Below are positions 18,970 through 28,577 of a stretch of 64,000 bases of DNA, in pieces. The notes below the pieces were generated by a model. It was given only the letters and a program-made list of their open reading frames with translations, searched no databases and had not been told where the DNA came from. Within the stretch, counting starts at the first letter, position 1. Every line of letters begins with the position of its first letter. Position numbers and translations under genes: made by a program. This stretch comes from an uncultured virus (IMG/VR IMGVR_UViG_3300020472_000022) (Duplodnaviria; Heunggongvirae; Uroviricota; Caudoviricetes). The DNA lies in IMG/VR virus record IMGVR_UViG_3300020472_000022. The stretch is one strand, 5' to 3'.

Positions 18970-19146
18970 ATGAAAGATAATATTAAAAGAAAATTAAGGC
19001 GCTTTGCAATAAGGTGGATATTATTCTATCCTTCACCTGATAAGCTTGAAGGCGTTGACAATTCTACTATAGCAATCTACTCAATGGTTGTTACTATGAT
19101 AGTGGGTTGGATTATTTTTGGAGTTATCATTTTATCTAGCATGTAA
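18970..19146 (+). CDS. Small early membrane protein, 58 aa
   Basis: GGAGGG RBS; MKDNIKRKL...C-terminal TM helix. Confidence 0.55.
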   Translation: MKDNIKRKLRRFAIRWILFYPSPDKLEGVDNSTIAIYSMVVTMIVGWIIFGVIILSSM

Positions 19147-19163
19147 ATAAGGAGGGTTAAATT

Positions 19164-19538
19164 ATGAATAAAAAAGAAACTGTAAAATTAGCTGAGTTAA
19201 ACGCAAAAGCTAGAGGAAATATACATTTAACAAGTGAAGAAATAAAACTTTGGAATGAGTTAGAATTTAAAAGGAATAAAGAAAATATTCATTTTAGATT
19301 GTCAGGATATGATAAATATTATAATGCTCATCAATGTTGGGACTTTACAAAATACATTTTAAAGAATGGATATGGTAGATATAAAGCTTCAGACATAGAA
19401 AGTATTTATTTTTCTAATCATAGTATAACTATTAGGCTACATTCTACTGCTGAAGATGATATTAAAAGATTTAATGCTAAACAGGAATTGCTAGGCTTTG
19501 TTATTGGCTTCAATGCTTGTTTACAAGAGGTGGCATAA
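19164..19538 (+). CDS. Early hypothetical protein
   Basis: AGGAGGG RBS, 124 aa. Confidence 0.7.
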   Translation: MNKKETVKLAELNAKARGNIHLTSEEIKLWNELEFKRNKENIHFRLSGYDKYYNAHQCWDFTKYILKNGYGRYKASDIESIYFSNHSITIRLHSTAEDDIKRFNAKQELLGFVIGFNACLQEVA

Positions 19539-19688
19539 TATAGGAGGGTTAAAAGTGAAAGACACAGCTAATAAAAATAAAAGAAGAATAGAAAAAACTA
19601 ATAAGAAATATCCATTGATTAGGGGGTGCTAGACCATAGGGTAGGTTAAAATAAGGCGATAGAGAGCCATACAGGAGGGCAAAAAAAT

Positions 19689-19904
19689 ATGAAAACGAAT
19701 ATATCGGTGGAATTAACAGACGAACAGCGCCTAGTTTTAGGTAAGGCGTGGCATGGTAAAGCGAAACCAATAGCAAGGAAAGAATTAATTATCCTTGTTA
19801 GGGGGTTACTTAACCACTTAGCTAATAAAAATTATGGGGGCGTTGATGGAAGCGTTGGCTGGGTATTAAACTTCTATCCTAAGTCTTTAAAAATAAAGAA
19901 ATAA
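19689..19904 (+). CDS. Early hypothetical protein
   Basis: AGGAGGG RBS. Confidence 0.65.
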   Translation: MKTNISVELTDEQRLVLGKAWHGKAKPIARKELIILVRGLLNHLANKNYGGVDGSVGWVLNFYPKSLKIKK

Positions 19905-19943
19905 ATGCTATGATATTCAATAAGATAAATGGAGGGTATTAAT

Positions 19944-20174
19944 ATGAAGATGACTATAGAAACAAGAGGAATAGACAAGCTATTCTATACTTGGAGTATC
20001 AAACAACTAAATAATTTTATCCGTACTTCTAGTAATAGTCGCCTAGTTACTAAGGCTAAATATTATAAGAAGGACAAGCAAAGGTTTCTGGACTTGGTGA
20101 AACCTAAAGTAGTAACACATTGGAGCTACGATGCTAATGGTTCACCTATTGAGGAGGAAGTTAATGAGCAATAA
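19944..20174 (+). CDS. Early hypothetical protein
   Basis: GGAGGG RBS before ATG at 19944. Confidence 0.65.
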   Translation: MKMTIETRGIDKLFYTWSIKQLNNFIRTSSNSRLVTKAKYYKKDKQRFLDLVKPKVVTHWSYDANGSPIEEEVNEQ

Positions 20175-20493
20175 ACAAAATGATGAGATCATAGAAAAAC
20201 AAAAATATACCTATACAGTCACGGAGCAGTCCGTGGATGAGAGGACAACTGAAATCTCATCTACAGTCAAATTGACTTGGGATGAAATACAAAGTATATA
20301 TCTTGAAGCTTTTGATGATGATAAAAAAGTCGTTAAAGGTTTGGAGGGATATGTTGAGTGGAGTGATGAGAGATTTACGGATGATGAAATCTTGAACAAA
20401 ATCAAAATAGAGGGTTCTTATCAAGGAATTGACTATGGCGAGAATTGTGAACTTTATATCAATGGAGATATTGAGGAGGTGTCAGATGAGTAA
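20164..20493 (+). CDS. Early acidic hypothetical protein (starts MSNKQNDEI)
   Basis: GAGGAGG RBS. Confidence 0.7.
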   Translation: MSNKQNDEIIEKQKYTYTVTEQSVDERTTEISSTVKLTWDEIQSIYLEAFDDDKKVVKGLEGYVEWSDERFTDDEILNKIKIEGSYQGIDYGENCELYINGDIEEVSDE

Positions 20494-20746
20494 TAAACAA
20501 AATGATGAGATCATGGATGCTATAGAAGATGAAGTAGATGAGTTCTGGTTCTTATATGATAGGCTAGACTTGAGAGCTGACCTATGCCAAGATATATACA
20601 AGGGAATCTATGGTGAAATACCTACAGCTACAGTCTTAAAAGATTATGTAAAAGATAAAGCAATAGTGTTTTTTCAGAAAAAATGTACCAATAGTATGTC
20701 AGACCAAGATTATGTTAAGATGGGTAGGCAACATGGGTACATATAA
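20486..20746 (+). CDS. Early hypothetical protein (starts MSNKQNDEI)
   Basis: GAGGAGG RBS; start cassette duplicated from the previous gene. Confidence 0.7.
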   Translation: MSNKQNDEIMDAIEDEVDEFWFLYDRLDLRADLCQDIYKGIYGEIPTATVLKDYVKDKAIVFFQKKCTNSMSDQDYVKMGRQHGYI

Positions 20747-20764
20747 TAATAAAGGAGGAAGCTA

Positions 20765-21046
20765 ATGATAGTTAAGTTATACGATTGGGAAATAAAACAA
20801 GCGATTGCCGAGTACATCAAAAGAGATTACGGCATGGATTTTGATACTGAGAATATAGAACATTCAGTATTGAAATATTATGAAGTGGAGAAAGTTTATC
20901 AAAAGCACAAGAATGGAAGGCTTATTAAAGACAAACACGGATTTCCTAAGGTAGATTGGGAAAACTCACCAAGAGTTACTAAGCATGCTGACTTTGACGA
21001 AGGTTCCTCAGTAACTTTTTGGCTACTTAATTCAGAGGGGGAATGA
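20765..21046 (+). CDS. Early hypothetical protein
   Basis: AGGAGG RBS. Confidence 0.7.
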   Translation: MIVKLYDWEIKQAIAEYIKRDYGMDFDTENIEHSVLKYYEVEKVYQKHKNGRLIKDKHGFPKVDWENSPRVTKHADFDEGSSVTFWLLNSEGE

Positions 21047-21292
21047 ATGAGTATATATAAGCATATAAATCTATGGGACATAACTTTTTGTAAGCTTGAT
21101 GATGATGGTAATTATCTTACAAATGAAGATGGAACTGTAAAATTATTTCATGCTCCTGATAAAGACTTTTCTCATGTAGTTGAATATGTAGAGTTAAAAG
21201 ATTTAGAGGAAGTGATAGAACAACTAGATGAGACTAGGGAGAAGAACGATAAACAAATAGATCATGAGAAGAAAGTATTTGGAGGATGCTAA
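21047..21292 (+). CDS. Early hypothetical protein
   Basis: ORF abutting its neighbours. Confidence 0.65.
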   Translation: MSIYKHINLWDITFCKLDDDGNYLTNEDGTVKLFHAPDKDFSHVVEYVELKDLEEVIEQLDETREKNDKQIDHEKKVFGGC

Positions 21293-21507
21293 TGGATAAT
21301 ACTATACTAACCAACGCAGAGTTAGCTCACTATGAGATACGAACTATGTTAAACTATATTGATCTTAGAATAAAAGATGGTCAAAACTTTAGTGTATTTG
21401 ATATGCAGTATCTAGAGAAAAGACTTAGAGATATTGATAAGAATATTAAAAATATATTAACAAAGGAGATGATAAGTGAACACAACAAAAGTAGTGATAG
21501 AACTTGA
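21286..21507 (+). CDS. Early hypothetical protein
   Basis: GGAGG RBS. Confidence 0.6.
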   Translation: MLMDNTILTNAELAHYEIRTMLNYIDLRIKDGQNFSVFDMQYLEKRLRDIDKNIKNILTKEMISEHNKSSDRT

Positions 21508-21632
21508 GTTTGAAAGTGTGTATGATGCAACACACCAAAATGTTAAGCATCAGTTGCTTGAAGATATTCATAGTAATAATCTTAACTGGTACATATCTAA
21601 TCCAGTAATAGGAGATGATGAGCTTGAGTAAT

Positions 21633-21791
21633 ATGAACTGTTGGCATTGTAACGAACAATTAATATGGGGCGCAGACCATGATATAGAAGAAGAAAACGA
21701 AGATTATATGATGGAAACTAATTTAAGTTGTCCTAAATGTAACTCATTTGTAATGGTATATTTACCAAAAAATACAGGAGGAGAAGCATGA
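21633..21791 (+). CDS. Small zinc-ribbon protein, 52 aa
   Basis: MNCWHC...LIWGADHD...LSCPKC. Confidence 0.65.
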   Translation: MNCWHCNEQLIWGADHDIEEENEDYMMETNLSCPKCNSFVMVYLPKNTGGEA

Positions 21792-21976
21792 AGAAACTAT
21801 ATATGTTTAGTAACACAGTTACTGTTACTGAGGAAACTCAAGTTGAAGCTAAATCTTATGACGAAGCGGTTGATATATTTTTATCAGGCGGTGGAGTTAC
21901 AGATGAAGTTGATGCTAATGGTGGAGACTGGGAATGTATTGATAATCCTGATGAACTAGAAGAGGAGGAAGCATGA
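21788..21976 (+). CDS. Small acidic hypothetical protein
   Basis: AGGAGG RBS; VEAKSYDEA motif. Confidence 0.65.
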   Translation: MKKLYMFSNTVTVTEETQVEAKSYDEAVDIFLSGGGVTDEVDANGGDWECIDNPDELEEEEA

Positions 21977-22476
21977 ACATATTTTATTTTGATGATAGCC
22001 CTGTTACATCAGCAGAAGCACAGCCTGATAAGATGCTAGTGAAGATGCCATTAGAAACAGCTCAGATGTTGTGTACTGCACACCGAGAGTTAGATGGTGA
22101 TGAGTATGCAGATAGTGTAGGATTGTACAAACGAGCATACTGGAATCATCCTTGTACGATATGGGCTAGAGAATGTAATGAAAATTACTCGTGGTTGTAT
22201 GCTCATTTTCTAGCACTAGGAATGGAATACACTTACAGATATGGTAAGGAACATGCAAGTATTACTAAGTTGGCTAAACCTTTAATGCATTTTCCTAAAA
22301 ATATAAAGAGTGGTAAGATGACAACAGTTGCACAAGCTATGCCAGATCAATACAAGAATAAAGATCCTATCAAAGCATACAGAGCCTATTGTATAAATGA
22401 AAAGACCTATGCACAATGGAATAAGAATAGAGCTAAACCTATATGGTGGAAGGATGTTGCATTACATGGAACTTAA
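21973..22476 (+). CDS. Pyrimidine-dimer DNA glycosylase-like protein
   Basis: MNIFY..DKMLVKMPLETAQML..HPCTIWAR..YTYRYGKEH family motifs. Confidence 0.7.
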   Translation: MNIFYFDDSPVTSAEAQPDKMLVKMPLETAQMLCTAHRELDGDEYADSVGLYKRAYWNHPCTIWARECNENYSWLYAHFLALGMEYTYRYGKEHASITKLAKPLMHFPKNIKSGKMTTVAQAMPDQYKNKDPIKAYRAYCINEKTYAQWNKNRAKPIWWKDVALHGT

Positions 22477-22666
22477 TGAGAAAAACTTTACAAAGGTGTT
22501 GAAATTTATAGGACACCATTGGTACTCTAAGTATGGTATATTTAAAGATGGTGATAATCTTCACCATGTTTTTAAAGATGCTATAAATATATTAGAAAAC
22601 AATGACATACAAGTTGTTAGAAAACAACAAGGGGAGGATGTATCAAATGATAATAATACCATGTGA
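22466..22666 (+). CDS. Hypothetical protein
   Basis: Likely start MELNEKNF. Confidence 0.5.
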   Translation: MELNEKNFTKVLKFIGHHWYSKYGIFKDGDNLHHVFKDAINILENNDIQVVRKQQGEDVSNDNNTM

Positions 22667-22800
22667 TTGCTGTGGGAAAGCTACATCTGTTGTATATGTT
22701 ACGCATAAGCAAAATACAGCACCTCCTAGTGAAAGTCGTACTAATTTTTGCGCTACTTGCTATATGGAAACTTATCATATAAAAAAAGTAAAATAATTAT

Positions 22801-22830
22801 TTGACAAAGGGTATTGTAATATGTTATAAT
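22801..22830 (+). promoter_or_regulatory. Sigma70 promoter for the replication cluster
   Basis: TTGACA-18-TATAAT with extended -10 TG. Confidence 0.7.
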
Positions 22831-22928
22831 ACTTTATAATATGTTAAAACACTTTATAGAATAATTATTATTAATTATATTAAAAGATATTATAATACTT
22901 TATAATACTTTATAAGGGAGATAAAAGA

Positions 22929-23456
22929 TTGAGACTACTTGCTCTAACTTTATTATTGTTATTTTTTACTCTATGGTTATTTTCACCTAGAGTTAATTCT
23001 CAAGATCAGGTCTTACAGAATGAAGTTGTTTGGTTAGATACATCATCACAAAGAAATTGTTTAGCAAAGAATATTTATTTTGAATCAGCTAATCAGCCTC
23101 TAGTAGGTAGAGTAGCAGTTGCTAATGTTACCTTGAACAGAGTTAATGATGATCAATTTCCTAATGATATATGTAGTGTTGTTTATCAAGCTAGGTTAAG
23201 AACTAATTGGAAGGATGAGTTAGTACCTATCATAGGTCAATGTCAGTTTAGTTGGTACTGTGATGGTAAGTCAGATAGACCAACAGATTCTAAGACTTGG
23301 GTGGAGGCAGTAAAATTAGCGGGACAAGTTATCTCAGGTTTCTATCCAGACTTAACAGAAGGCGCGCTGTGGTATCATGCAGACTACATTAGCCCTAACT
23401 GGTCACAATATCTTGAACGGACTGTGACGATAGAGAATCATTTGTTTTACAGGTAA
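22929..23456 (+). CDS. Cell wall hydrolase (SleB / Hydrolase_2 family)
   Basis: Signal anchor, CLAKNIYFES, VANVTLNRV, CQFSW, WYHA, HLFY. Confidence 0.85.
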   Translation: MRLLALTLLLLFFTLWLFSPRVNSQDQVLQNEVVWLDTSSQRNCLAKNIYFESANQPLVGRVAVANVTLNRVNDDQFPNDICSVVYQARLRTNWKDELVPIIGQCQFSWYCDGKSDRPTDSKTWVEAVKLAGQVISGFYPDLTEGALWYHADYISPNWSQYLERTVTIENHLFYR

Positions 23457-23468
23457 AGGAGTAAGAAG

Positions 23469-23675
23469 ATGGAATATAAAATAATGGTGAATAGATTAAT
23501 AAAATACTATGAAGGTAATATGGAAGCACACCTTGCAAATGTAGAAGATTTATTATATAATTCTGTAGGTGTAGCAGAACATCCAGATAAAGTTGCTACA
23601 ATTACAGAGGAATTAAAAAAGGTTGTAGAATATAGAGAGTTACTTGAAGAAGTTAAGAGGCATTTCTTGGTATGA
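23469..23675 (+). CDS. Hypothetical protein (SVGVAEH motif)
   Basis: AAGGAG RBS; distant homologue at 60629-60838. Confidence 0.7.
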   Translation: MEYKIMVNRLIKYYEGNMEAHLANVEDLLYNSVGVAEHPDKVATITEELKKVVEYRELLEEVKRHFLV

Positions 23676-23822
23676 TAACACTAACCCCTAATTATTTGGT
23701 AAGGTCTAGCCCTCAAACTTTTCTTATATACCTTACCTATGTTATCATTCTCTTGGCGAGAGTAAGTTTTGGGTCTTACACCGATAAAACCCACCAGTTT
23801 TTTAACAAAGGAGGCATTAAAG

Positions 23823-24257
23823 ATGTATGAGTATGTATCAGGGAAGGCTATGTGGGCGTATATTTCTTCGCCTAATACAAGGTTTAGTCCCGCTAAGTAT
23901 GGTATTACAGTATTAACAGATCCAGAAACCGCTAATAAGTTGGAAGGAGAGTTTGGACTATCACAAGTAAAGGATAAAAGTGGTGGCTCTAAATACGAAG
24001 AACCTGCTTTTAGTTTTAATAGGACTACTGAATTTAAAACAAAGAAAGGAGACATTGAAAGAAGGTCAGCACCTAAGCTCTATGATGGAGATGGTAATTC
24101 TTTAGATGTAACAGTAGGTAATGGTTCAAAGGTTACTGTAAAAATAAAACCTTATTCTAATAACTTTGGTAAATTTGCTGAACTAATAGCAGTTAGAGTT
24201 GACGAACTTGCCGAGTATGATGGTGGTTCAGAAGATTTAGATAACGAGGAGTTTTAA
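23823..24257 (+). CDS. ssb: Single-stranded DNA-binding protein (T7 gp2.5-like)
   Basis: GKAMWA, VGNGSKV, acidic tail ending in F (EDLDNEEF); AAGGAGG RBS before ATG 23823. Confidence 0.8.
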   Translation: MYEYVSGKAMWAYISSPNTRFSPAKYGITVLTDPETANKLEGEFGLSQVKDKSGGSKYEEPAFSFNRTTEFKTKKGDIERRSAPKLYDGDGNSLDVTVGNGSKVTVKIKPYSNNFGKFAELIAVRVDELAEYDGGSEDLDNEEF

Positions 24258-24482
24258 ATGATAGTTAGTATAAAGAAAGATGATGATGTTCTCGATTATG
24301 ACTTATCTAAAATTAAAGATGATGATGCAAAAAGAGACGCTAGTATTATTGTTACAAAAGTAGGAAACTTAGAAACACATAGCGAGGCAATTAGGTTTGC
24401 TATTGATGGACACAGACTACAATTAGAAAAAATATTAGGTGATTGCTCAGAAGCATTAATGACAGAAAAAAAGAAAAAATAG
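24258..24482 (+). CDS. Hypothetical protein
   Basis: ORF abutting ssb. Confidence 0.65.
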   Translation: MIVSIKKDDDVLDYDLSKIKDDDAKRDASIIVTKVGNLETHSEAIRFAIDGHRLQLEKILGDCSEALMTEKKKK

Positions 24483-24572
24483 TAGCCAATCGTTACAACT
24501 TGGACTAAGGTTTTCTTCATTCCCTTAGTTCAGGTTGTGACTTCATAATAATTTATTAGGAGGGAAATAAAC

Positions 24573-26237
24573 ATGAGGGCAGAAGAAGCAACTAAAGAGG
24601 GGTTTGTTAAGATACATCAACCTTGTCCTACTTGTAATAGTAGCGATGCTAGAGGTATAAATAGCAATGGTTCAGCTTATTGTTTTAGCTGTGGTCTTTA
24701 TACTAAAGATGCAGAATCACCAGAGGAGAACAACATACAAATAGAACCACAATTAAAAGACTTAGAAGAGGGAGACTTTCTTAACCTTACAGATAGAAAA
24801 ATTTCTATGGATACTGCAAAGAAGTATGGTGTTAAAGCAGTACAAGATAAGCAGGGTAAGATAATTAAACATCTATATCCCTACTATAATGGACATGAAT
24901 TAGCAGGTACTAAAGTTAGATCCGTACCAGATAAAATGTTTTACGCTAGAGGAAGTATCCGAGATGGTGGATTATTTGGACAACAGTTATTCAAATCAGG
25001 TAAGTATGTCACCATAACTGAGGGTGAGTGTGATGCTATGTCCGCCTACGAATTACTAGGTAGTAAGTGGGCAGTAGTATCTATAAAGAATGGCGCTCAG
25101 TCAGCAGTTAGAGACATCAAAGATAACTTAGAATTTTTTGATAATTTTGAAAATGTTGTTATTGCTTTTGATAATGACAAGGCAGGAAAGAAAGCAAGTA
25201 AAGAAGTAGCAAGATTATTTAAACCATCTAAGGCAAAAATATTAGCATTGCCTGAAGGATGGAACGATGCTAATGATATGTTGCGAGGCAATAGACATAA
25301 AGATTTTGTTGAAGCTTGGTGGAGTGCAAAAGTTTATACACCTTCTGGCGTTATAAATGTTTCAGAACAAAGAGAAAAGTTCCATGCTAGAGAGAAAAAA
25401 GATTCCATACCTTATCCATACAAAGGATTAAACGATAAACTTTATGGACTAAGACAAGGAGAGTTAGTTACTTTAACTGGTGGTACAGGACTAGGTAAGT
25501 CTTCAGTCACTAGAGAACTAGAACATCATCTAATTACACAGACAAAGGATAATGTAGGAGTCATAGCTTTAGAAGAAGATTGGAGAAGAACCATTGATGG
25601 TATTATTTCTATCGAAGCTAATGCAAGATTATATATAGATCAAGTTAGAGATAGCTATTCTAAAGAAGAAATAGATAAATTTTTTGACATACTTTATGAT
25701 GGTGAAAATAAAAATAGAGTCTGGGTTCATGCTCACTTTGGAACAAATAGTATTGATGAGATATTCTCTAAACTTAGATTTATGATAATAGGTTGTGAAT
25801 GTAAGTGGGTAGTCATAGATCATCTTCATATGCTAGTTAGTGCAGTATCAGAGGGCGATGAGCGTAGAGCTATTGATAGTATTATGACAAGGCTAAGAAG
25901 TATTGTTGAAGAAACAGGAGCAGGACTAATATTAGTTTCTCATTTACGAAGAGTAGATGGTAACAAAGGACATGAGAATGGTATTGAAGTTAGCCTCAGT
26001 CATCTACGAGGCTCACAAAGTATCGCTCAACTATCCGATTGTGTATTAGCTTTAGAAAGAAACCAGCAATCAGATGATATCCAAGAAGCACAGACAACAA
26101 AAGTTAGAGTGTTAAAATCAAGGTATACAGGAGATGTTGGTTTAGCTTGTCATTTACTTTACAATAAAGAAACAGGAAGACTACAAGAATTAAAAGATTC
26201 AGAACTAGAAATAGATAACGATACAGAGGGTTTTTAA
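24573..26237 (+). CDS. DNA primase-helicase (T7 gp4-like)
   Basis: CPTC..CFSC zinc finger, TOPRIM EGECD and FDND, Walker A GGTGLGKS, DHLH, LRGS. Confidence 0.92.
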   Translation: MRAEEATKEGFVKIHQPCPTCNSSDARGINSNGSAYCFSCGLYTKDAESPEENNIQIEPQLKDLEEGDFLNLTDRKISMDTAKKYGVKAVQDKQGKIIKHLYPYYNGHELAGTKVRSVPDKMFYARGSIRDGGLFGQQLFKSGKYVTITEGECDAMSAYELLGSKWAVVSIKNGAQSAVRDIKDNLEFFDNFENVVIAFDNDKAGKKASKEVARLFKPSKAKILALPEGWNDANDMLRGNRHKDFVEAWWSAKVYTPSGVINVSEQREKFHAREKKDSIPYPYKGLNDKLYGLRQGELVTLTGGTGLGKSSVTRELEHHLITQTKDNVGVIALEEDWRRTIDGIISIEANARLYIDQVRDSYSKEEIDKFFDILYDGENKNRVWVHAHFGTNSIDEIFSKLRFMIIGCECKWVVIDHLHMLVSAVSEGDERRAIDSIMTRLRSIVEETGAGLILVSHLRRVDGNKGHENGIEVSLSHLRGSQSIAQLSDCVLALERNQQSDDIQEAQTTKVRVLKSRYTGDVGLACHLLYNKETGRLQELKDSELEIDNDTEGF

Positions 26238-26239
26238 AT

Positions 26240-27997
26240 ATGGATTTAGTATTTGATATTGAAACAGATGATCTTAAAGCTACAAAAATTCATTGTATAG
26301 TTGCTCAAGATATTGATTCAGGAGAAATATTTAAGTTTACACCAAAGAATCTAGAAGAAGGATATAATTTTCTAACAACTGCAGATAAATTAATTGGTCA
26401 TAATATTATTGGTTTTGATATTCCTATGGTAGAAAAGTTTGGTAAGGTTGATCTATCAAAAATTCCTGTAATAGATACTTTAGTTCTCTCTAGATTATTT
26501 AATCCAACTAGAGAAGGAGGACATAGTTTAGAAAGATGGGGGTATAAATTAGGAACTAATAAAATAGAGTTTGAAGATTTTAAAAATTATTCTAAGACTA
26601 TGCTAGATTATTGTGTTAGAGATGTACAATTAAATGCTATGTTATTCAAAGCACTAAGACAAGAAAGTAAAGGATTCTCTAAGCAATCTATTGAGTTAGA
26701 ACAACAAGTCGCAAAGATAATGAAGAAGCAAGAAGTAGATGGTTTCAAACTGGATGAAAAGAAATCACTACTACTACTAGCTGAACTGAGAGAAAAGAAA
26801 AAAATTATTGAAGAAGAAGTACAAGAAACATTTAAACCTATAACGGAAGAAATAAAGATTGAACCTCTCTTTCTTCAAACTGGTAAAATGGCTAAGAAAG
26901 GATTTAATACTACGACTAGAAAGAATACCATATTAACTGAAGAAGAGTATAAGAAACTAGATTCAGGAGCTTCTGTAGTGACAAGATACTTAACTACTGA
27001 GTTTAATTTAGGAAGTAGGCAACAGATAGGAGAAAGATTAATAGAGGCAGGATGGAAGCCAGAAAGACTTACACCTACTGGTCAGCCTGTAGCAGATGAA
27101 AAAACTTTATCTAAAATTAAACATATACATGAAGCTAAATTAATTTCTGAATTTTTATTATTACAAAAAAGAATAGCTCAAGTCAGTTCATGGGTTGATG
27201 CTATAGAAAAGGATGGTCGAGTACATGGCTTTGTCATTCCTAATGGTGCAATAACAGGTAGGATGACACATAGATCACCGAACATGGCACAAGTACCTGC
27301 TGTTTCTTCTTCTTATGGTAAAGAGTGTAGGTCTTGTTGGATAGTAGAGGAAGGTAATGTATTGGTTGGTATTGATGCAAGTGGATTAGAATTAAGAATG
27401 CTTGCACACTACCTAAACGATGAGGAGTTTACTTATGAAATCACTAACGGAGATATTCACACCGCTAATCAAAGACTTGCAAATCTTAAATCAAGAGATA
27501 AGGCGAAAACATTCATCTATGCACTCTTGTACGGAGCAAGAGATAAAAAACTTGGCAAAGTGGTCGGAGGAACTGAAGCAGATGGTCGGAGAGCTAGACA
27601 ACATTTCTTTGATAATAAACCAGCATTCAAGCTTCTTAGAGATAGAGTTGAAAGAGCGTCTAAGAAAGGATACCTAAAAGGATTAGATGGTAGAAAGATA
27701 TATATAAGAACTGCTCATGCTTCTTTGAATAGTTTATTACAAGGAGCAGGTGCTGTCATTATGAAAAAGGCTCTATGTTTATTAGACAATTATATTAGGG
27801 ATAATAATTTAGAAGCTAAGTTTGTTGCTAACATACATGATGAATGGCAGATAGAAGCAGAATCTACTAAAGAGAATGCTACTGCTGTAGGTGAGTTTGG
27901 AATAAAAGCTATACAAGAAGCAGGAGAGCATTTTGTATTACGCTGTCCTTTAACTGGTGAATATAAAATAGGGGAGGACTGGAGTGAAACCCATTAA
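26240..27997 (+). CDS. polA: DNA polymerase, family A (T7-like, Tyr762 type)
   Basis: DIETD exonuclease motif, DASGLELR, KTFIYALLYG, HDE. Confidence 0.93.
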   Translation: MDLVFDIETDDLKATKIHCIVAQDIDSGEIFKFTPKNLEEGYNFLTTADKLIGHNIIGFDIPMVEKFGKVDLSKIPVIDTLVLSRLFNPTREGGHSLERWGYKLGTNKIEFEDFKNYSKTMLDYCVRDVQLNAMLFKALRQESKGFSKQSIELEQQVAKIMKKQEVDGFKLDEKKSLLLLAELREKKKIIEEEVQETFKPITEEIKIEPLFLQTGKMAKKGFNTTTRKNTILTEEEYKKLDSGASVVTRYLTTEFNLGSRQQIGERLIEAGWKPERLTPTGQPVADEKTLSKIKHIHEAKLISEFLLLQKRIAQVSSWVDAIEKDGRVHGFVIPNGAITGRMTHRSPNMAQVPAVSSSYGKECRSCWIVEEGNVLVGIDASGLELRMLAHYLNDEEFTYEITNGDIHTANQRLANLKSRDKAKTFIYALLYGARDKKLGKVVGGTEADGRRARQHFFDNKPAFKLLRDRVERASKKGYLKGLDGRKIYIRTAHASLNSLLQGAGAVIMKKALCLLDNYIRDNNLEAKFVANIHDEWQIEAESTKENATAVGEFGIKAIQEAGEHFVLRCPLTGEYKIGEDWSETH

Positions 27998-28008
27998 GGA
28001 GATTAACT

Positions 28009-28563
28009 ATGACTGAAGTAGCTCTATTCAAAAATGGAACTAGAGTTACACCTCTAAATGAATCTGCCGCTAGAGTGGGGAGACGAATTGAATTTAAAGC
28101 ATTTGACTGGCTAGAGACAAAAGGATGGGAAGTTTTCCCTTGTAGATATCCTACCGGTCCTGTTGATTGCGTAGTAGTTAATCTTAAAACAGGAACTAAA
28201 CTATTACTAGATGTTAAATGTGGAGGAACTGGTAAAGCTAAAGCACGCAGAACACACGAACAACAAATTCTAGGAGTTGATATTTTAAGGTATAAGAAAA
28301 AAGACAATACATTTTATTTTGTTAATCACAATATAGAAAATAAGACTAAACCTATAACAATAAACGGAGTTACTTATAAAAATAAAAAACATGCTCATAA
28401 TAAACTTAAACCGAGTGTAAACTATAGGGCAGTTCTTACTAGGATGCAGTATTATGGTTGGACCATAGAAGAAGCATATGAAGTGTTTCCAAAAGCACAT
28501 ATACCTAGACAAATATTGGCGAAAGGACAAAGACCAATACGAAAAAAACCAGACATACTATAA
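28009..28563 (+). CDS. PD-(D/E)XK nuclease with C-terminal NUMOD/HTH-like domain, probable free-standing homing endonuclease
   Basis: E..A..WL..GW.V..GPVD..LLDVK plus PITINGVTY...RM..GWTIEEA. Confidence 0.6.
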   Translation: MTEVALFKNGTRVTPLNESAARVGRRIEFKAFDWLETKGWEVFPCRYPTGPVDCVVVNLKTGTKLLLDVKCGGTGKAKARRTHEQQILGVDILRYKKKDNTFYFVNHNIENKTKPITINGVTYKNKKHAHNKLKPSVNYRAVLTRMQYYGWTIEEAYEVFPKAHIPRQILAKGQRPIRKKPDIL

Positions 28564-28577
28564 AGGGAGAAAAATAA

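Noticed and set aside
19618..19680. ATTTAGGGGGT motif shared with 60625-60635 (minus strand) and TAGGGGGT at 33329
   Set aside because: Only 8-11 bp and overlapping stop codons, with weak downstream similarity. It cannot be separated from chance without a search.
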